59,294 bases of DNA, from NCBI GenBank assembly GCA_947593955.1, contig CANQDV010000002.1:1-59294 (forward strand), in the 5' to 3' direction. The notes under the pieces are model-generated. The model had not been told where the DNA came from. It saw nothing but the letters and a program-made list of their open reading frames with translations, and did no database searches. Below, piece after piece: positions 1-9,407 of the stretch. Origin of the DNA: an uncultured Bacilli bacterium (GTDB taxonomy: Bacteria > Bacillota_I > Bacilli_A > RF39 > UBA660). Position numbers and translations under genes: made by a program. Within the stretch, counting starts at the first letter, position 1. The number at the start of each line of letters is the position of its first letter.

Positions 1-32
1 GAACTCGCAATTTAATTATAATACATTTTTTC

Positions 33-76
33 AAAAATAAAAAGACTATTAACAAATTTTACTTTGTCAACAGTCT
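33..76 (-). terminator. Intrinsic terminator downstream of pilin-like gene
   Basis: Minus-strand hairpin: 63-76 pairs with 43-56 (14 bp including two G-U pairs), followed by a U-rich run (complement of 33-42). Confidence 0.55.
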
Positions 77-107
77 GTGATGTCTTTATAGACATCGTTT
101 TTATTTG

Positions 108-2270
108 TTATTTTAAATTATAACTTGGACAATTTTTCCCAGTACATCCTTCTTTAGGAGAAAAATAATAATAACTATTTAACATACAAGTTTTAGCTTT
201 ATCATTCGGTTTGCCGTTAGATATAACATCTTCCTGAGTTCCTGAAACTGAATATACAGTCAAAACGTTCTTTGAACGATTTCCAGCTCTATCAACAGCA
301 TAAGTTTGGAATATACCACCATTATATATACTACATGTAGATGATCCCAAAGTAGTTGATCTATGCGTACTAGCTGTCTCTCTATAATCCCAATTATGAA
401 TTCCTACAGCATCAGAAGTTCCAGATCCGAAACGATGTAATGATGGTTCTTGAACACCACTTAAATTATCGTCATAGAATGTTTTGTTAGATGATGCAGT
501 ACCTAAACCATCCCATATTTTAAATGTATAACATGTAATAGATTCCTGTTTGTTCTTAAGAGCCGTTTCTCCCGCGCCACCTTTTTTCTTAGGATAAACA
601 ACTGTACCATTTTCCAAAACACAATATATATCAAATACGGTTTTACCAAGAGTACCGTTATTAGTATTATAACTATCGTATATATAATCTATAGAAAGAT
701 ATGGTGTATATGGTGGTGTCTTATCGATTTGTAAAAGCGTGGAACCTGTACTACAATTATTAAGATAATCACAAACTTTTATATAAATATTTCTTTTTTG
801 CTCATCCTTTATTAAGCTTGGTTTATAAGATGAAGTTGATGAATTAGTATACTGGTAATAAGTTTTATTAGAAGATGTACTGTAGCTATATGCATAATAT
901 TTTATTCCTGAACCATCTCTATCATTACCATTTAAAGTTAATTGTACATCTTTATTTGTCCAGTTTCCGTTCGTTGGATTTGTAATAGATAATGTAGGAG
1001 GATCAAGGTCTATTTTTACTTCACGTCTACAAGTATTCGTATTTCCGGCAGCATCAATTACTTTTCCTAAAATGACCTTCTTGCCACTTTCTTTTAAATC
1101 TAAGCTGGTACTTCCATAAACATAATCAGTTTCTTTTACTCTACTTTCATAACTTGATGAAGTACTATAAATAGCATATTTTGAAATACCACTACCTTCA
1201 TCACTTTTTGATAAGATAGCAGAAGTATTGCTTCCATACCATCCATTATAATCAGCCGATGCACTTCTTATTGCAAATGAACAAGTAGGTTTAGCTTTAT
1301 CAATAAACACATTAACTGGACAGCTCTTCTTATTTCCAGCATTATCTTCTATTGTAATTGTTCCTTTTTGGATTATCTTTCCTTCTTCAGCTGTAAACGT
1401 TTTAGTAAATTGTGTTTGTTTGCAACCACTACCACTATCACTACATCCAACTGTAATAGTTCTACTTCCATTAGTCCAAGTTGTGCTTTCACCAATTACC
1501 GTTCCACATGTTGGACTGATATTATCATCGGAATCTGGATTAACTGGTTTATCTGGCTCTTCTGGATCAGGTGTTTCCGGATCTGGATTATCTGGGTCAG
1601 GTCTATCTGGATCAGGATCTACTGGGTCAGGATCTTCCGGAGTAGGATTGCTTGGATCAGGATTTGTTGGATCAGTTGGGAAACAATTTTCTCCTGTACA
1701 AGGTTGATAATTACTATCCCAATTTAAAGCTTCCTGACAATCACCTTCTGTACTTTTGTATTTACTACAATATAAACAAACTTGATATTTTATATCCGAT
1801 AAATTATCTGTAGTATTTGACGCTATTACAAAACTATCACTACAAAATCCATCTCCCTCTGGATCTTTTATATTTTCACTATATTTACCATTTAACAATT
1901 GATCATAAGTTACCTTAACTTTCTCCCCAGTTAATGGAATTATACAATTTTCTGCATTATTATTAAAACAATCTATCATTAAGTTATTAGCTGCTCCGCT
2001 CAAATCATGTTTATAACTTTCATATGTTGCAGCTTTACTCTTAGTTATATATTTAGTAACCGATAAAGAAGCGAATGTCGTCAAAATACCTAAAATAATA
2101 ATAACACTTATTATTTCAATCAAAGTAAACCCTTTATTATCTTTTTTATTAATCTTTTTTTCAACATTTATATTTTTCTTTGTATTATTCTTATCCGTTT
2201 TAACATTAGGCTTATTTTTAGTTTTTAACTTTGATTTATTATCTTTGTTTTCACTTTTTTTATTACTCAT
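108..2270 (-). CDS. Large modular type IV pilin / pseudopilin-like surface protein (about 720 aa)
   Basis: ORF 108-2279; ATG at 2270 preferred (GGATAGGGTGA 6 nt upstream). Prepilin motif KG|FTLIE plus hydrophobic helix IISVIIILGILTTFASL follows a Lys/Asn-rich leader. Then a Pro-Asp linker and repeated Cys-containing Ig-like modules, each ending AGN..C..V.IDK.P. CTGxNC motif occurs twice. Confidence 0.75.
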   Translation of the reverse strand: MSNKKSENKDNKSKLKTKNKPNVKTDKNNTKKNINVEKKINKKDNKGFTLIEIISVIIILGILTTFASLSVTKYITKSKAATYESYKHDLSGAANNLMIDCFNNNAENCIIPLTGEKVKVTYDQLLNGKYSENIKDPEGDGFCSDSFVIASNTTDNLSDIKYQVCLYCSKYKSTEGDCQEALNWDSNYQPCTGENCFPTDPTNPDPSNPTPEDPDPVDPDPDRPDPDNPDPETPDPEEPDKPVNPDSDDNISPTCGTVIGESTTWTNGSRTITVGCSDSGSGCKQTQFTKTFTAEEGKIIQKGTITIEDNAGNKKSCPVNVFIDKAKPTCSFAIRSASADYNGWYGSNTSAILSKSDEGSGISKYAIYSTSSSYESRVKETDYVYGSTSLDLKESGKKVILGKVIDAAGNTNTCRREVKIDLDPPTLSITNPTNGNWTNKDVQLTLNGNDRDGSGIKYYAYSYSTSSNKTYYQYTNSSTSSYKPSLIKDEQKRNIYIKVCDYLNNCSTGSTLLQIDKTPPYTPYLSIDYIYDSYNTNNGTLGKTVFDIYCVLENGTVVYPKKKGGAGETALKNKQESITCYTFKIWDGLGTASSNKTFYDDNLSGVQEPSLHRFGSGTSDAVGIHNWDYRETASTHRSTTLGSSTCSIYNGGIFQTYAVDRAGNRSKNVLTVYSVSGTQEDVISNGKPNDKAKTCMLNSYYYFSPKEGCTGKNCPSYNLK
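1530..1679 (-). repeat. Low-complexity Pro/Asp linker-coding repeat inside the pilin-like gene
   Basis: Encodes PTDPTNPDPSNPTPEDPDPVDPDPDRPDPDNPDPETPDPEEPDKPVNPDS. The DNA is iterated GGATC(A/T)GG-like units, which create spurious Gly/Ser-rich ORFs on the opposite strand. Confidence 0.85.
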
Positions 2271-2299
2271 TACTATCACCCTATCCTAATTATAATAAC

Positions 2300-2308
2300 A
2301 TTATAACA
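2300..2308 (-). promoter_or_regulatory. Extended -10 promoter element (TGtTATAAT) for pilin-like gene
   Basis: Minus-strand TGTTATAAT about 30 nt upstream of ATG 2270, directly after the rpsR terminator. Confidence 0.45.
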
Positions 2309-2324
2309 TTTTTTTTAAATAATA

Positions 2325-2357
2325 AAAGAAAAAAGATACTTTTTATCAAAGTATCTT
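2325..2357 (-). terminator. Intrinsic terminator of rpsF-ssb-rpsR operon
   Basis: Minus-strand AAGAUACUUU-GAUA-AAAGUAUCUU hairpin beginning in the rpsR stop codon, followed by UUUUCUUUU. Confidence 0.7.
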
Positions 2358-2571
2358 ACTTAGTATATGGTAATAAAGCAATAGCTCTTGCTCTTTTAAT
2401 TTGTTCTGCTATATGTCTTTGATGCTTAGCACAAGCACCAGTAACTCGTCTTGGCAATATTTTGCCTCTTTCGTTAATATATCTTTTCAAAGTTTCAACG
2501 TCTTTATAATCTATATTTTTACCTGTACACATATAACAAACTTTTTTCTTTTTTCTAAAAAATTCTGCCAT
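2356..2571 (-). CDS. rpsR: 30S ribosomal protein S18
   Basis: 71 aa; [31 protein letters not shown] is typical of S18. GAAGGAGG RBS. rpsF-ssb-rpsR synteny. Confidence 0.95.
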   Translation of the reverse strand: MAEFFRKKKKVCYMCTGKNIDYKDVETLKRYINERGKILPRRVTGACAKHQRHIAEQIKRARAIALLPYTK

Positions 2572-2583
2572 TGTATCCTCCTT

Positions 2584-3057
2584 CTAGAATGGTAATTCAT
2601 CATCGCTTATTTCAATACTTGAACCAAAATCTGAGAAAGGATCATTCTTAACGCTTGTTGTTTCTACTGAATTTGGGAAATCATTAGGTGTTACATCATT
2701 AAAATTACTATCTGCATTATTTAATGAATTATCTTTAGCACCCTTAGTATCTAAGAATTGTACATTATCAGCAATTATTTCTGTAATATATCTTTTCTTT
2801 CCTTCTTGATCATCATATGTTCTTGTTTGAATTCTTCCTTCTACAGCTACTTGGCTTCCTTGATTTAAGTAATTTTTAACATTTTCTGCTTGTTTTCTCC
2901 AAACAACAATATTAAGAAAATCAGCTTCTCTTTCTCCTGATTGACTAGGAAAATTCCTATTTACTGCTAAAGTAAATGTAGCGACTGGTAAATTGCTTCC
3001 TGTATATCTTAACTCAGGATCTCTTGTTAATCTACCTATTAAAAAAACTCTATTCAT
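2584..3057 (-). CDS. ssb: Single-stranded DNA-binding protein
   Basis: 157 aa; OB-fold N-terminus MNRVFLIGRLTRDPELRYT; acidic tail ending DDELPF; lies between rpsF and rpsR. Confidence 0.95.
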   Translation of the reverse strand: MNRVFLIGRLTRDPELRYTGSNLPVATFTLAVNRNFPSQSGEREADFLNIVVWRKQAENVKNYLNQGSQVAVEGRIQTRTYDDQEGKKRYITEIIADNVQFLDTKGAKDNSLNNADSNFNDVTPNDFPNSVETTSVKNDPFSDFGSSIEISDDELPF

Positions 3058-3077
3058 AACAAACTTCCTTTCATATA

Positions 3078-3368
3078 TTATTCTTCTACTTTGACAATTA
3101 AGTGGCGAATAATATCTTCATTGATTAATGCTACACGATCAAATTCTACTGTCGCTTCATTGTTACTAGATTCTACTACGATTAAGAAATAATAACCTGT
3201 TTTATAGTTCTTAATTTCGTATGCAAGCTCTCTTTGACCCATTTCTTTAACTTCTAATATATTGGCTTTTTTAGATTCTAAAACTTTTTTCATTGAATCC
3301 AAAACACTCTTAATATTAGCTTCTTCTAAATCAGGTCTTACAATGAACATAATTTCATATTTATTCAT
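3078..3368 (-). CDS. rpsF: 30S ribosomal protein S6
   Basis: 96 aa; MNKYEIMFIVRPDLEE N-terminus typical of S6; AAGGAGG RBS; synteny. Confidence 0.95.
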   Translation of the reverse strand: MNKYEIMFIVRPDLEEANIKSVLDSMKKVLESKKANILEVKEMGQRELAYEIKNYKTGYYFLIVVESSNNEATVEFDRVALINEDIIRHLIVKVEE

Positions 3369-3451
3369 TTTTTACACCTCCTTTTGGACTTATGGCCTCA
3401 TTACCTAAAATGAAGCAAGGAGTAACTTAATACTCGCAAGTAGTATAGCAA

Positions 3452-3475
3452 AAGTATGGTTTTTTGTCCATACTT
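3452..3475 (-). terminator. Possible terminator hairpin after the ABC operon
   Basis: 8-bp stem AAGUAUGG/CCAUACUU. Only a short U run follows on the minus strand; the U run on the plus strand is better. Confidence 0.35.
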
Positions 3476-3548
3476 AATTTTATTTTTTTATCTTTAACTA
3501 ATTTATATTTAATTACTCTAATATTTATATTAAAATATATAATTTTTA

Positions 3549-5306
3549 TCATCTTAATAAATCAATAATATCTTTTTTCAAATATCTATTTAATGGTATT
3601 TTTATAATTAGGTAAATATATAATATGAAAATTAAATTAATCAATAATAATACAAAAACATTGATAAAAATATTAATACCCCAAGCAAATAATATTATTA
3701 TCGATAATAAAAAATATATTAAAAGTGCGACCAATAAGGAAACTAAGAAATTAGGAACATATTCTAAAATGATAAACCAACTAATATCATCTTTGTCAAA
3801 ATGAAATAATTGCAAGTAACCTATTTCTTTTTTTCGATAATATAATTCGAGACTAATTTGATTTGTTAAAAATAATAATGTCAGCATTGAAACTACAACT
3901 ATTATTATAAAACTTATTTGTGTTATTCCTATTACTTTCATGGAGATATTTGCTACTTCATTTTTATAAAAGAAATAAGAGGTACTGCCACTAAACATAT
4001 AATCAAATTCTGAATCACTATAAATATCCAGTAAATATTTACTATCGAAAACTACCATTTTATATTCTGAAGATCCTTCTTGACCAAATGTTTTTAGTTG
4101 ATTATAGTCTAAAAATACTACTTCTGTTGTACTCAAATCATTATAATATTTATTAAGATTTAAAATATCGTTTTTGCTAATTGATACGACACCACTTATT
4201 AAAAATTCTTTATTGTTTATTTTAATCTTTTTCCCTACTATATCTAGATACTTGCTACCATTAAAATTAATACCAGCAAAAAAATTATTAATTAAAACTT
4301 CATTATCACTTTTTGGCCAATTTCCAGCTACAATTAATTTTTGTAAATTGGTATATTCTTTTTTTAACAACGGATAAACTACAAAATTTTCTTCTTTATA
4401 TTGATAGCTATCATAAACTTCCGTTATTATATTTTGTAAATTATGTATGTACTTATCATTGATATCCAAAACATTATATGGAGTATCATTTAACTTATAA
4501 TTAATAAATTCTCTTTTAAAATTCAAATTAAAAGCTATAGCTAAAAAGGAAATAAGAAACATAAAAGATATAAATATTCGCATAAATAAACTTATTTTTT
4601 TTCTACTTTTAAAAGCATTCCTTATTATTTTCTTTTCGTTTGAATTCGTGCATAATTTTAATTCTTCTTTATTTTCATTAATTACTTTGGTTTTTATCTT
4701 TCCATAATCAATGTTTATTAAAATATCTGCTATATTATCAAAAATATCTTTATGAGTTGAAATAATAATTATCTTGTCTTTTTTATCAATTTTTTTTAGA
4801 AATTCTACAAAAATTATAGAATTTTGATAATCCAAATTTGATGTTGGTTCATCTAATATAAGTATTTTGTTATTATTCAATAAAGTTCTTATTAGTGATA
4901 CTCTTTGACGTTCACCACCGGATATTTTATTAGGATATTTATCTAATATGTCATAAATGCCAAATTGTTTTGATAAATCAATAATATGATCTTTGTCATT
5001 CTCTATTAATAACAAATTTTCAAGTATAGTTAATTTGCGATATAACAAACTTTTTTGTAACATATATCCAATGTTGTTCTTAAAGTTTTGTTTCTCTTTT
5101 TCATTTAACTTACTAATATCATTTTCATTTATTGTTACTTGACCTTCATAATTATTATCTAGACCACTAATTATGTTTAACAAAGTTGTTTTACCTGATC
5201 CACTAATTCCTTTAAGGACATATATATTACCCGCATATAGATTTAAACTTATGTTATCAAGAACTTTTGTATCATACGTTTTTGATAAATTCTTAATTCT
5301 AATCAT
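3549..5306 (-). CDS. MacB-type ABC transporter, fused ATPase + FtsX-like permease (second of pair)
   Basis: 585 aa. Walker A GISGSGKTT, signature ISGGERQR, Walker B ILILDEPTSNLD. Then TM1, a roughly 200-aa extracytoplasmic domain and 3 C-terminal TM helices. ATGA overlap with the upstream gene. Confidence 0.8.
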   Translation of the reverse strand: MIRIKNLSKTYDTKVLDNISLNLYAGNIYVLKGISGSGKTTLLNIISGLDNNYEGQVTINENDISKLNEKEKQNFKNNIGYMLQKSLLYRKLTILENLLLIENDKDHIIDLSKQFGIYDILDKYPNKISGGERQRVSLIRTLLNNNKILILDEPTSNLDYQNSIIFVEFLKKIDKKDKIIIISTHKDIFDNIADILINIDYGKIKTKVINENKEELKLCTNSNEKKIIRNAFKSRKKISLFMRIFISFMFLISFLAIAFNLNFKREFINYKLNDTPYNVLDINDKYIHNLQNIITEVYDSYQYKEENFVVYPLLKKEYTNLQKLIVAGNWPKSDNEVLINNFFAGINFNGSKYLDIVGKKIKINNKEFLISGVVSISKNDILNLNKYYNDLSTTEVVFLDYNQLKTFGQEGSSEYKMVVFDSKYLLDIYSDSEFDYMFSGSTSYFFYKNEVANISMKVIGITQISFIIIVVVSMLTLLFLTNQISLELYYRKKEIGYLQLFHFDKDDISWFIILEYVPNFLVSLLVALLIYFLLSIIILFAWGINIFINVFVLLLINLIFILYIYLIIKIPLNRYLKKDIIDLLR

Positions 5307-7177
5307 AGTAAATCATCTCCACCTTTTATGGCATTAATCCAGCCTGTTTTCTTTAATTTAATAGTTTCATACATCGTAAATATAACCGATAAAATGATTA
5401 AAAGTAAAAACAATAAAAGGGTATTTTTATAATCAATTAAAAATAAATCAAATTCTAAAAAGTTCATGCTATTAAAAATATTTAATAGAATTATAGAAGT
5501 AATAAACGATAATATAAATATTATGACCATTTGTAAAATCGATACTAACATATAACTTAACATAATATTTTTCCAACTGTAACCATAATAATTATATACT
5601 GATAAAATATGTTCGCGATATTTGTTTATTATAAACTGCATTTGGAAATAAAATATGATTACTATAAAAAAGGCAAAAATTATTAAAGGATAACTATAAT
5701 ATTGTAAAAACTCTATCATTTTAGCAAAATCTAAAAAACCAGCTTCCATTCCTAAAGGCATAATATTAGAGTCTTTATAATTATAAAATTTATATAAATC
5801 ATCTGTATTATCAAAAAAAGCAATCATATATACCGAATTATCACCAATTGCAGTTAAATTATTTAGTAATATTTCTTTATTCTTATATTTTTCTGTAAAT
5901 TTGCTATTAAGGTACTCATAATCATCTAAATTAAAAGAAGGATGCATTGCTTTGAGATATGGTGAATCGATATTGGGTTTTAAAATACCTACAATTCTAA
6001 ATTCATGTCCCCCATCGCTTAAGAGAATATCATATTCTTCGTTAATTAAATCTTCTAAATTATCACCTAATTTTTTTGCAACATTGTATCCTAAAATGAT
6101 ATCATTTTTATTTTCGTAATAAGAACCATAAAGTAACATATCTTCATAATTTGGAACTAAATTAACATCAAACGGAAGCATTAAAGCTGTAGTATTATAA
6201 TTTAAAAAAGTGGAATAATTATTTGCATTTCCGTTATATGGGAAAATATTATCTATCGCTTTATTACTTTGAAGATAACTATCACAATAATTATCTAAAT
6301 CACTACATACATATCTTACAAAGTTTATACCGTGTTTTTCAATTAAACCTTTCTCTATTTTTGTTTGGTAGTCAAAGCATGAATATAACAAAAGTAAAAT
6401 TACAACAAAAACAACCGCTAAATAAAATGACGATTTCTTCTCTCTATTTTTATAATAAATATTTTTAATCATATACTTAAATAAGAACTTATTTTTACTT
6501 TTCATAGCATTTGGTATAGTGCTTTTTTTGTTTGTCTGTACTTTGCTACATAAATTAGAAAAATCTATTACCTCGTCCGCTTGTTCTATCAGCTTTTGAT
6601 CGTGTGAAGCACAAATTATTAAAATGCTTTGTTTCATTTCATTTAATAAGTCAATTAATATTTTTTTGTTTTCAAAATCCAAAGACGAAGTCGGTTCGTC
6701 CATCAAAATTATTTCTTTTTTTTGCAATAGAGCTGAAATAATTGCTACTCTTTGTTGTTCCCCACCTGATAATTCATTTGGATAGCTGTTAATTTTATCT
6801 TCTAATTTAAATTTTTTTAAGTATTGGTTTATTATAATATTATCTTTAATGCCGGAACATAATTCCAAGTTCTCTTTTACTGTTAAATAGTCAACAAAAT
6901 AATTATTTTGAGTAATATATGATATATATTTTTTTACAAAAGAATAATCTACAATATTTTCATATGTTTTATCATATATAGTTACTTTACCACTATCAAA
7001 AGAGCTAGCTCCACTAATGATATTTAACAAAGTTGTTTTACCACTACCGCTAGCTCCATACAAAACGTATAATCCCTTCTTTTCGAAATCATAAGAGAAA
7101 TTATTAATAACTACATTTTTATCGTATTTTTTACTAATTTTCTGTAGTATCATAGATATTTCCATTGAGTCCTGCAT
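5303..7177 (-). CDS. MacB-type ABC transporter, fused ATPase + FtsX-like permease (first of pair)
   Basis: ORF 5303-7192 (TTG). ATG 7177 has a GGGGAT RBS; ATG 7165 and 7153 are also possible. Walker A GASGSGKTT, LSGGEQQR, ILMDEPTSSLD. Same TM / extracytoplasmic domain / 3-TM layout. Confidence 0.8.
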   Translation of the reverse strand: MQDSMEISMILQKISKKYDKNVVINNFSYDFEKKGLYVLYGASGSGKTTLLNIISGASSFDSGKVTIYDKTYENIVDYSFVKKYISYITQNNYFVDYLTVKENLELCSGIKDNIIINQYLKKFKLEDKINSYPNELSGGEQQRVAIISALLQKKEIILMDEPTSSLDFENKKILIDLLNEMKQSILIICASHDQKLIEQADEVIDFSNLCSKVQTNKKSTIPNAMKSKNKFLFKYMIKNIYYKNREKKSSFYLAVVFVVILLLLYSCFDYQTKIEKGLIEKHGINFVRYVCSDLDNYCDSYLQSNKAIDNIFPYNGNANNYSTFLNYNTTALMLPFDVNLVPNYEDMLLYGSYYENKNDIILGYNVAKKLGDNLEDLINEEYDILLSDGGHEFRIVGILKPNIDSPYLKAMHPSFNLDDYEYLNSKFTEKYKNKEILLNNLTAIGDNSVYMIAFFDNTDDLYKFYNYKDSNIMPLGMEAGFLDFAKMIEFLQYYSYPLIIFAFFIVIIFYFQMQFIINKYREHILSVYNYYGYSWKNIMLSYMLVSILQMVIIFILSFITSIILLNIFNSMNFLEFDLFLIDYKNTLLLFLLLIILSVIFTMYETIKLKKTGWINAIKGGDDLL

Positions 7178-8069
7178 ATTTATCCCCAACAAATCTCTTA
7201 ACTAGTTCATAAACTCTCTCATAAACTTCACCAGTTAAACCAAATTCTTCTTCAAGATTTACCTCTTGACTTTCAACTACATAGTTGCCCATTTTTTGTA
7301 AATTTGCATATATTTCTTTTTGTTCTTGGGTAGCCTTATTACTAGCAACAAGATCACTTAAATAATCTCCGTTGTCATATAATAAATCAATTAAAACAGT
7401 ATAAATTCCAATTGATTTTGAAAAATAAACCCCAATATTTACCTTATATCCATTTTTAGAATAATCATGGCGCATAGTACAATCTGACAAATTAAATTTT
7501 GTAATCCAAGTAGTATTAAATTCTTGTTCAACTGCTTGGTTATATAAATCTAAAATCTCTTGTTTGGAAAAATTGTATATTGTAAGTTTATCCAAATCTT
7601 TAATATCAATTTTAGAATTAAATTGATTTTTATCAAAAAATTCATCTATTACGCGAACCTCGTCACGTTCCATAACACCGTTCTTACTATGATCAGAAAT
7701 AGAGAGAGAAGGCATTCCTGGTGTCCTTATTACAACTCCACCTATATCATAACCATAAGTGTTATACCCATCAAGAGTTTCATATTTTAAATTGCATCCA
7801 CCAAAAAGGTTTTTTGTTACTTCTCGATTTTTATCTACTGTAGTAATTAAAAATGTATAATACCAGCCATCACCTCTATCCTGAATAACCAGTTTTTCAG
7901 CATAGTTTTTCCAAGCATCTGGATCAACTTCATCAACAATTTTATCTTTTAAACTATTTTTGTTTTTATTGTTAAAATATAAAAACACAACTATTACAAC
8001 CAGTAAAAATAAAATTAATAAAAATACATATTTGATATTCTTTTTCATTTTAGATATCATTCCTTTCAT
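7134..8069 (-). CDS. Membrane-anchored hypothetical protein, first gene of ABC operon
   Basis: 311 aa; N-terminal anchor YVFLLILFLLVVIVVFLYF, then a soluble domain with no motif I recognise. Its 3' end overlaps the start of the next ABC gene. The true start may be ATG 8048. Confidence 0.6.
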   Translation of the reverse strand: MKGMISKMKKNIKYVFLLILFLLVVIVVFLYFNNKNKNSLKDKIVDEVDPDAWKNYAEKLVIQDRGDGWYYTFLITTVDKNREVTKNLFGGCNLKYETLDGYNTYGYDIGGVVIRTPGMPSLSISDHSKNGVMERDEVRVIDEFFDKNQFNSKIDIKDLDKLTIYNFSKQEILDLYNQAVEQEFNTTWITKFNLSDCTMRHDYSKNGYKVNIGVYFSKSIGIYTVLIDLLYDNGDYLSDLVASNKATQEQKEIYANLQKMGNYVVESQEVNLEEEFGLTGEVYERVYELVKRFVGDKYAGLNGNIYDTTEN

Positions 8070-8265
8070 TACTTTTACAGCATATAATATAAATGTTTTC
8101 TTCCGTTGTTAGCCTTAGTATAAGGCAATGCTTTGCTTTATACAAGCAAAAAAAGCAACACATTGTGTAAAGTTTACATAAATACAAGTAAAAGTAACAT
8201 ATTTTTCCTAATTTTAATAATAAAAGGTACCGTTATAAAGACTTATTTGTCTTCAAAAAAATATT

Positions 8266-8299
8266 TAAAAAAAAGAAACAAATTATCTCTTTTGTTTCT
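8266..8299 (-). terminator. Intrinsic terminator of ychF
   Basis: Minus-strand AGAAACAAA-AGAGAUAA-UUUGUUUCU hairpin overlapping the TAG stop, followed by U8. Confidence 0.7.
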
Positions 8300-9398
8300 A
8301 AACATTAAATCTAAAATAACAAATATCGCCATCTTGCATAATGTAATCTTTTCCTTCAAGACGAGCTCGACCATTTTCTTTTACTTTTTGTTCATTACCA
8401 TATTTTATTAAATCTTCGTAACTCATAACTTCTGCTTTAATAAATCCTTTTTCAAAATCCGTATGAATAATACCTGCACACTTTTTGGCATTCATTCCTT
8501 TTTTAAAAGTCCATGCTCGTACTTCGTCACTTCCTACGGTAAAATATGTAGCAAGTCCCAATAAATCATAAGTATCTTTAATTAATTGATCTAGTCCACT
8601 TTCTTTTACTCCCGCTACATTTAGCATTTCTTTTTTTTCGTCATCATTTAATTCGCTAAGTTCCGCTTCTAATTTAGCACACATCTTTATTACTTTAGCA
8701 TGCTCATTTTTAGCATATTCTCTAACCTTTTTTACATAATCATTATCTTCTTTAGCCACATTTTCTTCATTTACGTTAGCTAAATAAATAATTGGTTTTA
8801 TTGTAAGAAAAGAAAAATTGTTTAATAGTTGTAATTCTTCTTCCGAAAAATGTACTATACGTAATGGAATATTTTTTTCAAGATTTTCTTTAGCTTTTTT
8901 TAATACTTCTAATTCAACTAATGCTTCTTTATCACGATTGGTTTCAGCTTTTTTCTTTATTTTATCAATTCTAGCATTTAATATTTCCAAATCTGATAAA
9001 GATAACTCTAAATTAATTATTTCAATATCTCTTATTGGATCAATAGTGTTTTCAACATGAATAATATTATTATCGTCAAAACACCTTACTACTTCTACAA
9101 CAGCATCAACTTCTCTAATGTGAGATAAAAATTTATTTCCCAGTCCTTCACCTAAATTAGCACCTTTTACTAATCCAGCAATATCTATAAATTCATAACT
9201 AGTCGCAATTAATCGTTCTGGCTTATACAATTCTTCTAACTTCACTAATCTTTCATCTGGTACTGTAACAATTCCCACATTAGGATCTATTGTTGCGAAA
9301 GGATAATTGGCTGCTAAAATATTTTTTTTGGTAATTGCGTTAAACAAAGTTGATTTTCCAACATTAGGTAAACCAACAATACCTGCTTTTAATCCCAT
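8298..9398 (-). CDS. ychF: Ribosome-binding ATPase YchF
   Basis: 366 aa; GIVGLPNVGKSTLFNA P-loop, coiled-coil insert, C-terminal TGS-like domain ending DGDICYFRFNV. Confidence 0.95.
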   Translation of the reverse strand: MGLKAGIVGLPNVGKSTLFNAITKKNILAANYPFATIDPNVGIVTVPDERLVKLEELYKPERLIATSYEFIDIAGLVKGANLGEGLGNKFLSHIREVDAVVEVVRCFDDNNIIHVENTIDPIRDIEIINLELSLSDLEILNARIDKIKKKAETNRDKEALVELEVLKKAKENLEKNIPLRIVHFSEEELQLLNNFSFLTIKPIIYLANVNEENVAKEDNDYVKKVREYAKNEHAKVIKMCAKLEAELSELNDDEKKEMLNVAGVKESGLDQLIKDTYDLLGLATYFTVGSDEVRAWTFKKGMNAKKCAGIIHTDFEKGFIKAEVMSYEDLIKYGNEQKVKENGRARLEGKDYIMQDGDICYFRFNV

Positions 9399-9407
9399 AC
9401 AAACCTC

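Noticed and set aside
79-102. Plus-strand hairpin GATGTCT-TTAT-AGACATC followed by GTTTTT at the window edge.
   Set aside because: It looks like a terminator for a plus-strand gene, but no such gene lies within the window. It may simply form a bidirectional terminator pair with the 33-76 hairpin.
1368-1727. Two plus-strand ORFs (119 aa and 95 aa, Gly/Ser/Trp/Ile-rich) inside the pilin-like gene.
   Set aside because: They are the antisense reading of the PDP linker repeat. They are low complexity, have no RBS, and are fully contained in a much longer ORF with clear protein motifs.
3369-3440. Possible rpsF (S6:S18-binding) autoregulatory leader, with hairpin GCUUCAUU-UUAGGU-AAUGAGGC in the 5' UTR.
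   Set aside because: A hairpin is visible, but I cannot verify the conserved motif of the known rpsF leader from memory. A covariance-model scan is needed.
8100-8160. Nested hairpins (GCCTTA-GTA-TAAGGC, TTGCTT-TATAC-AAGCAA, flanked by GTTG/CAAC) upstream of the ABC operon, considered as a riboswitch.
   Set aside because: It matches no riboswitch class I know. Short AT-rich stems arise easily by chance, and no clear promoter or terminator logic is attached.
8133-8411. Plus-strand 92-aa ORF spanning the ychF 3' end and its terminator.
   Set aside because: It overlaps ychF and its terminator antisense, is low complexity and has no RBS.
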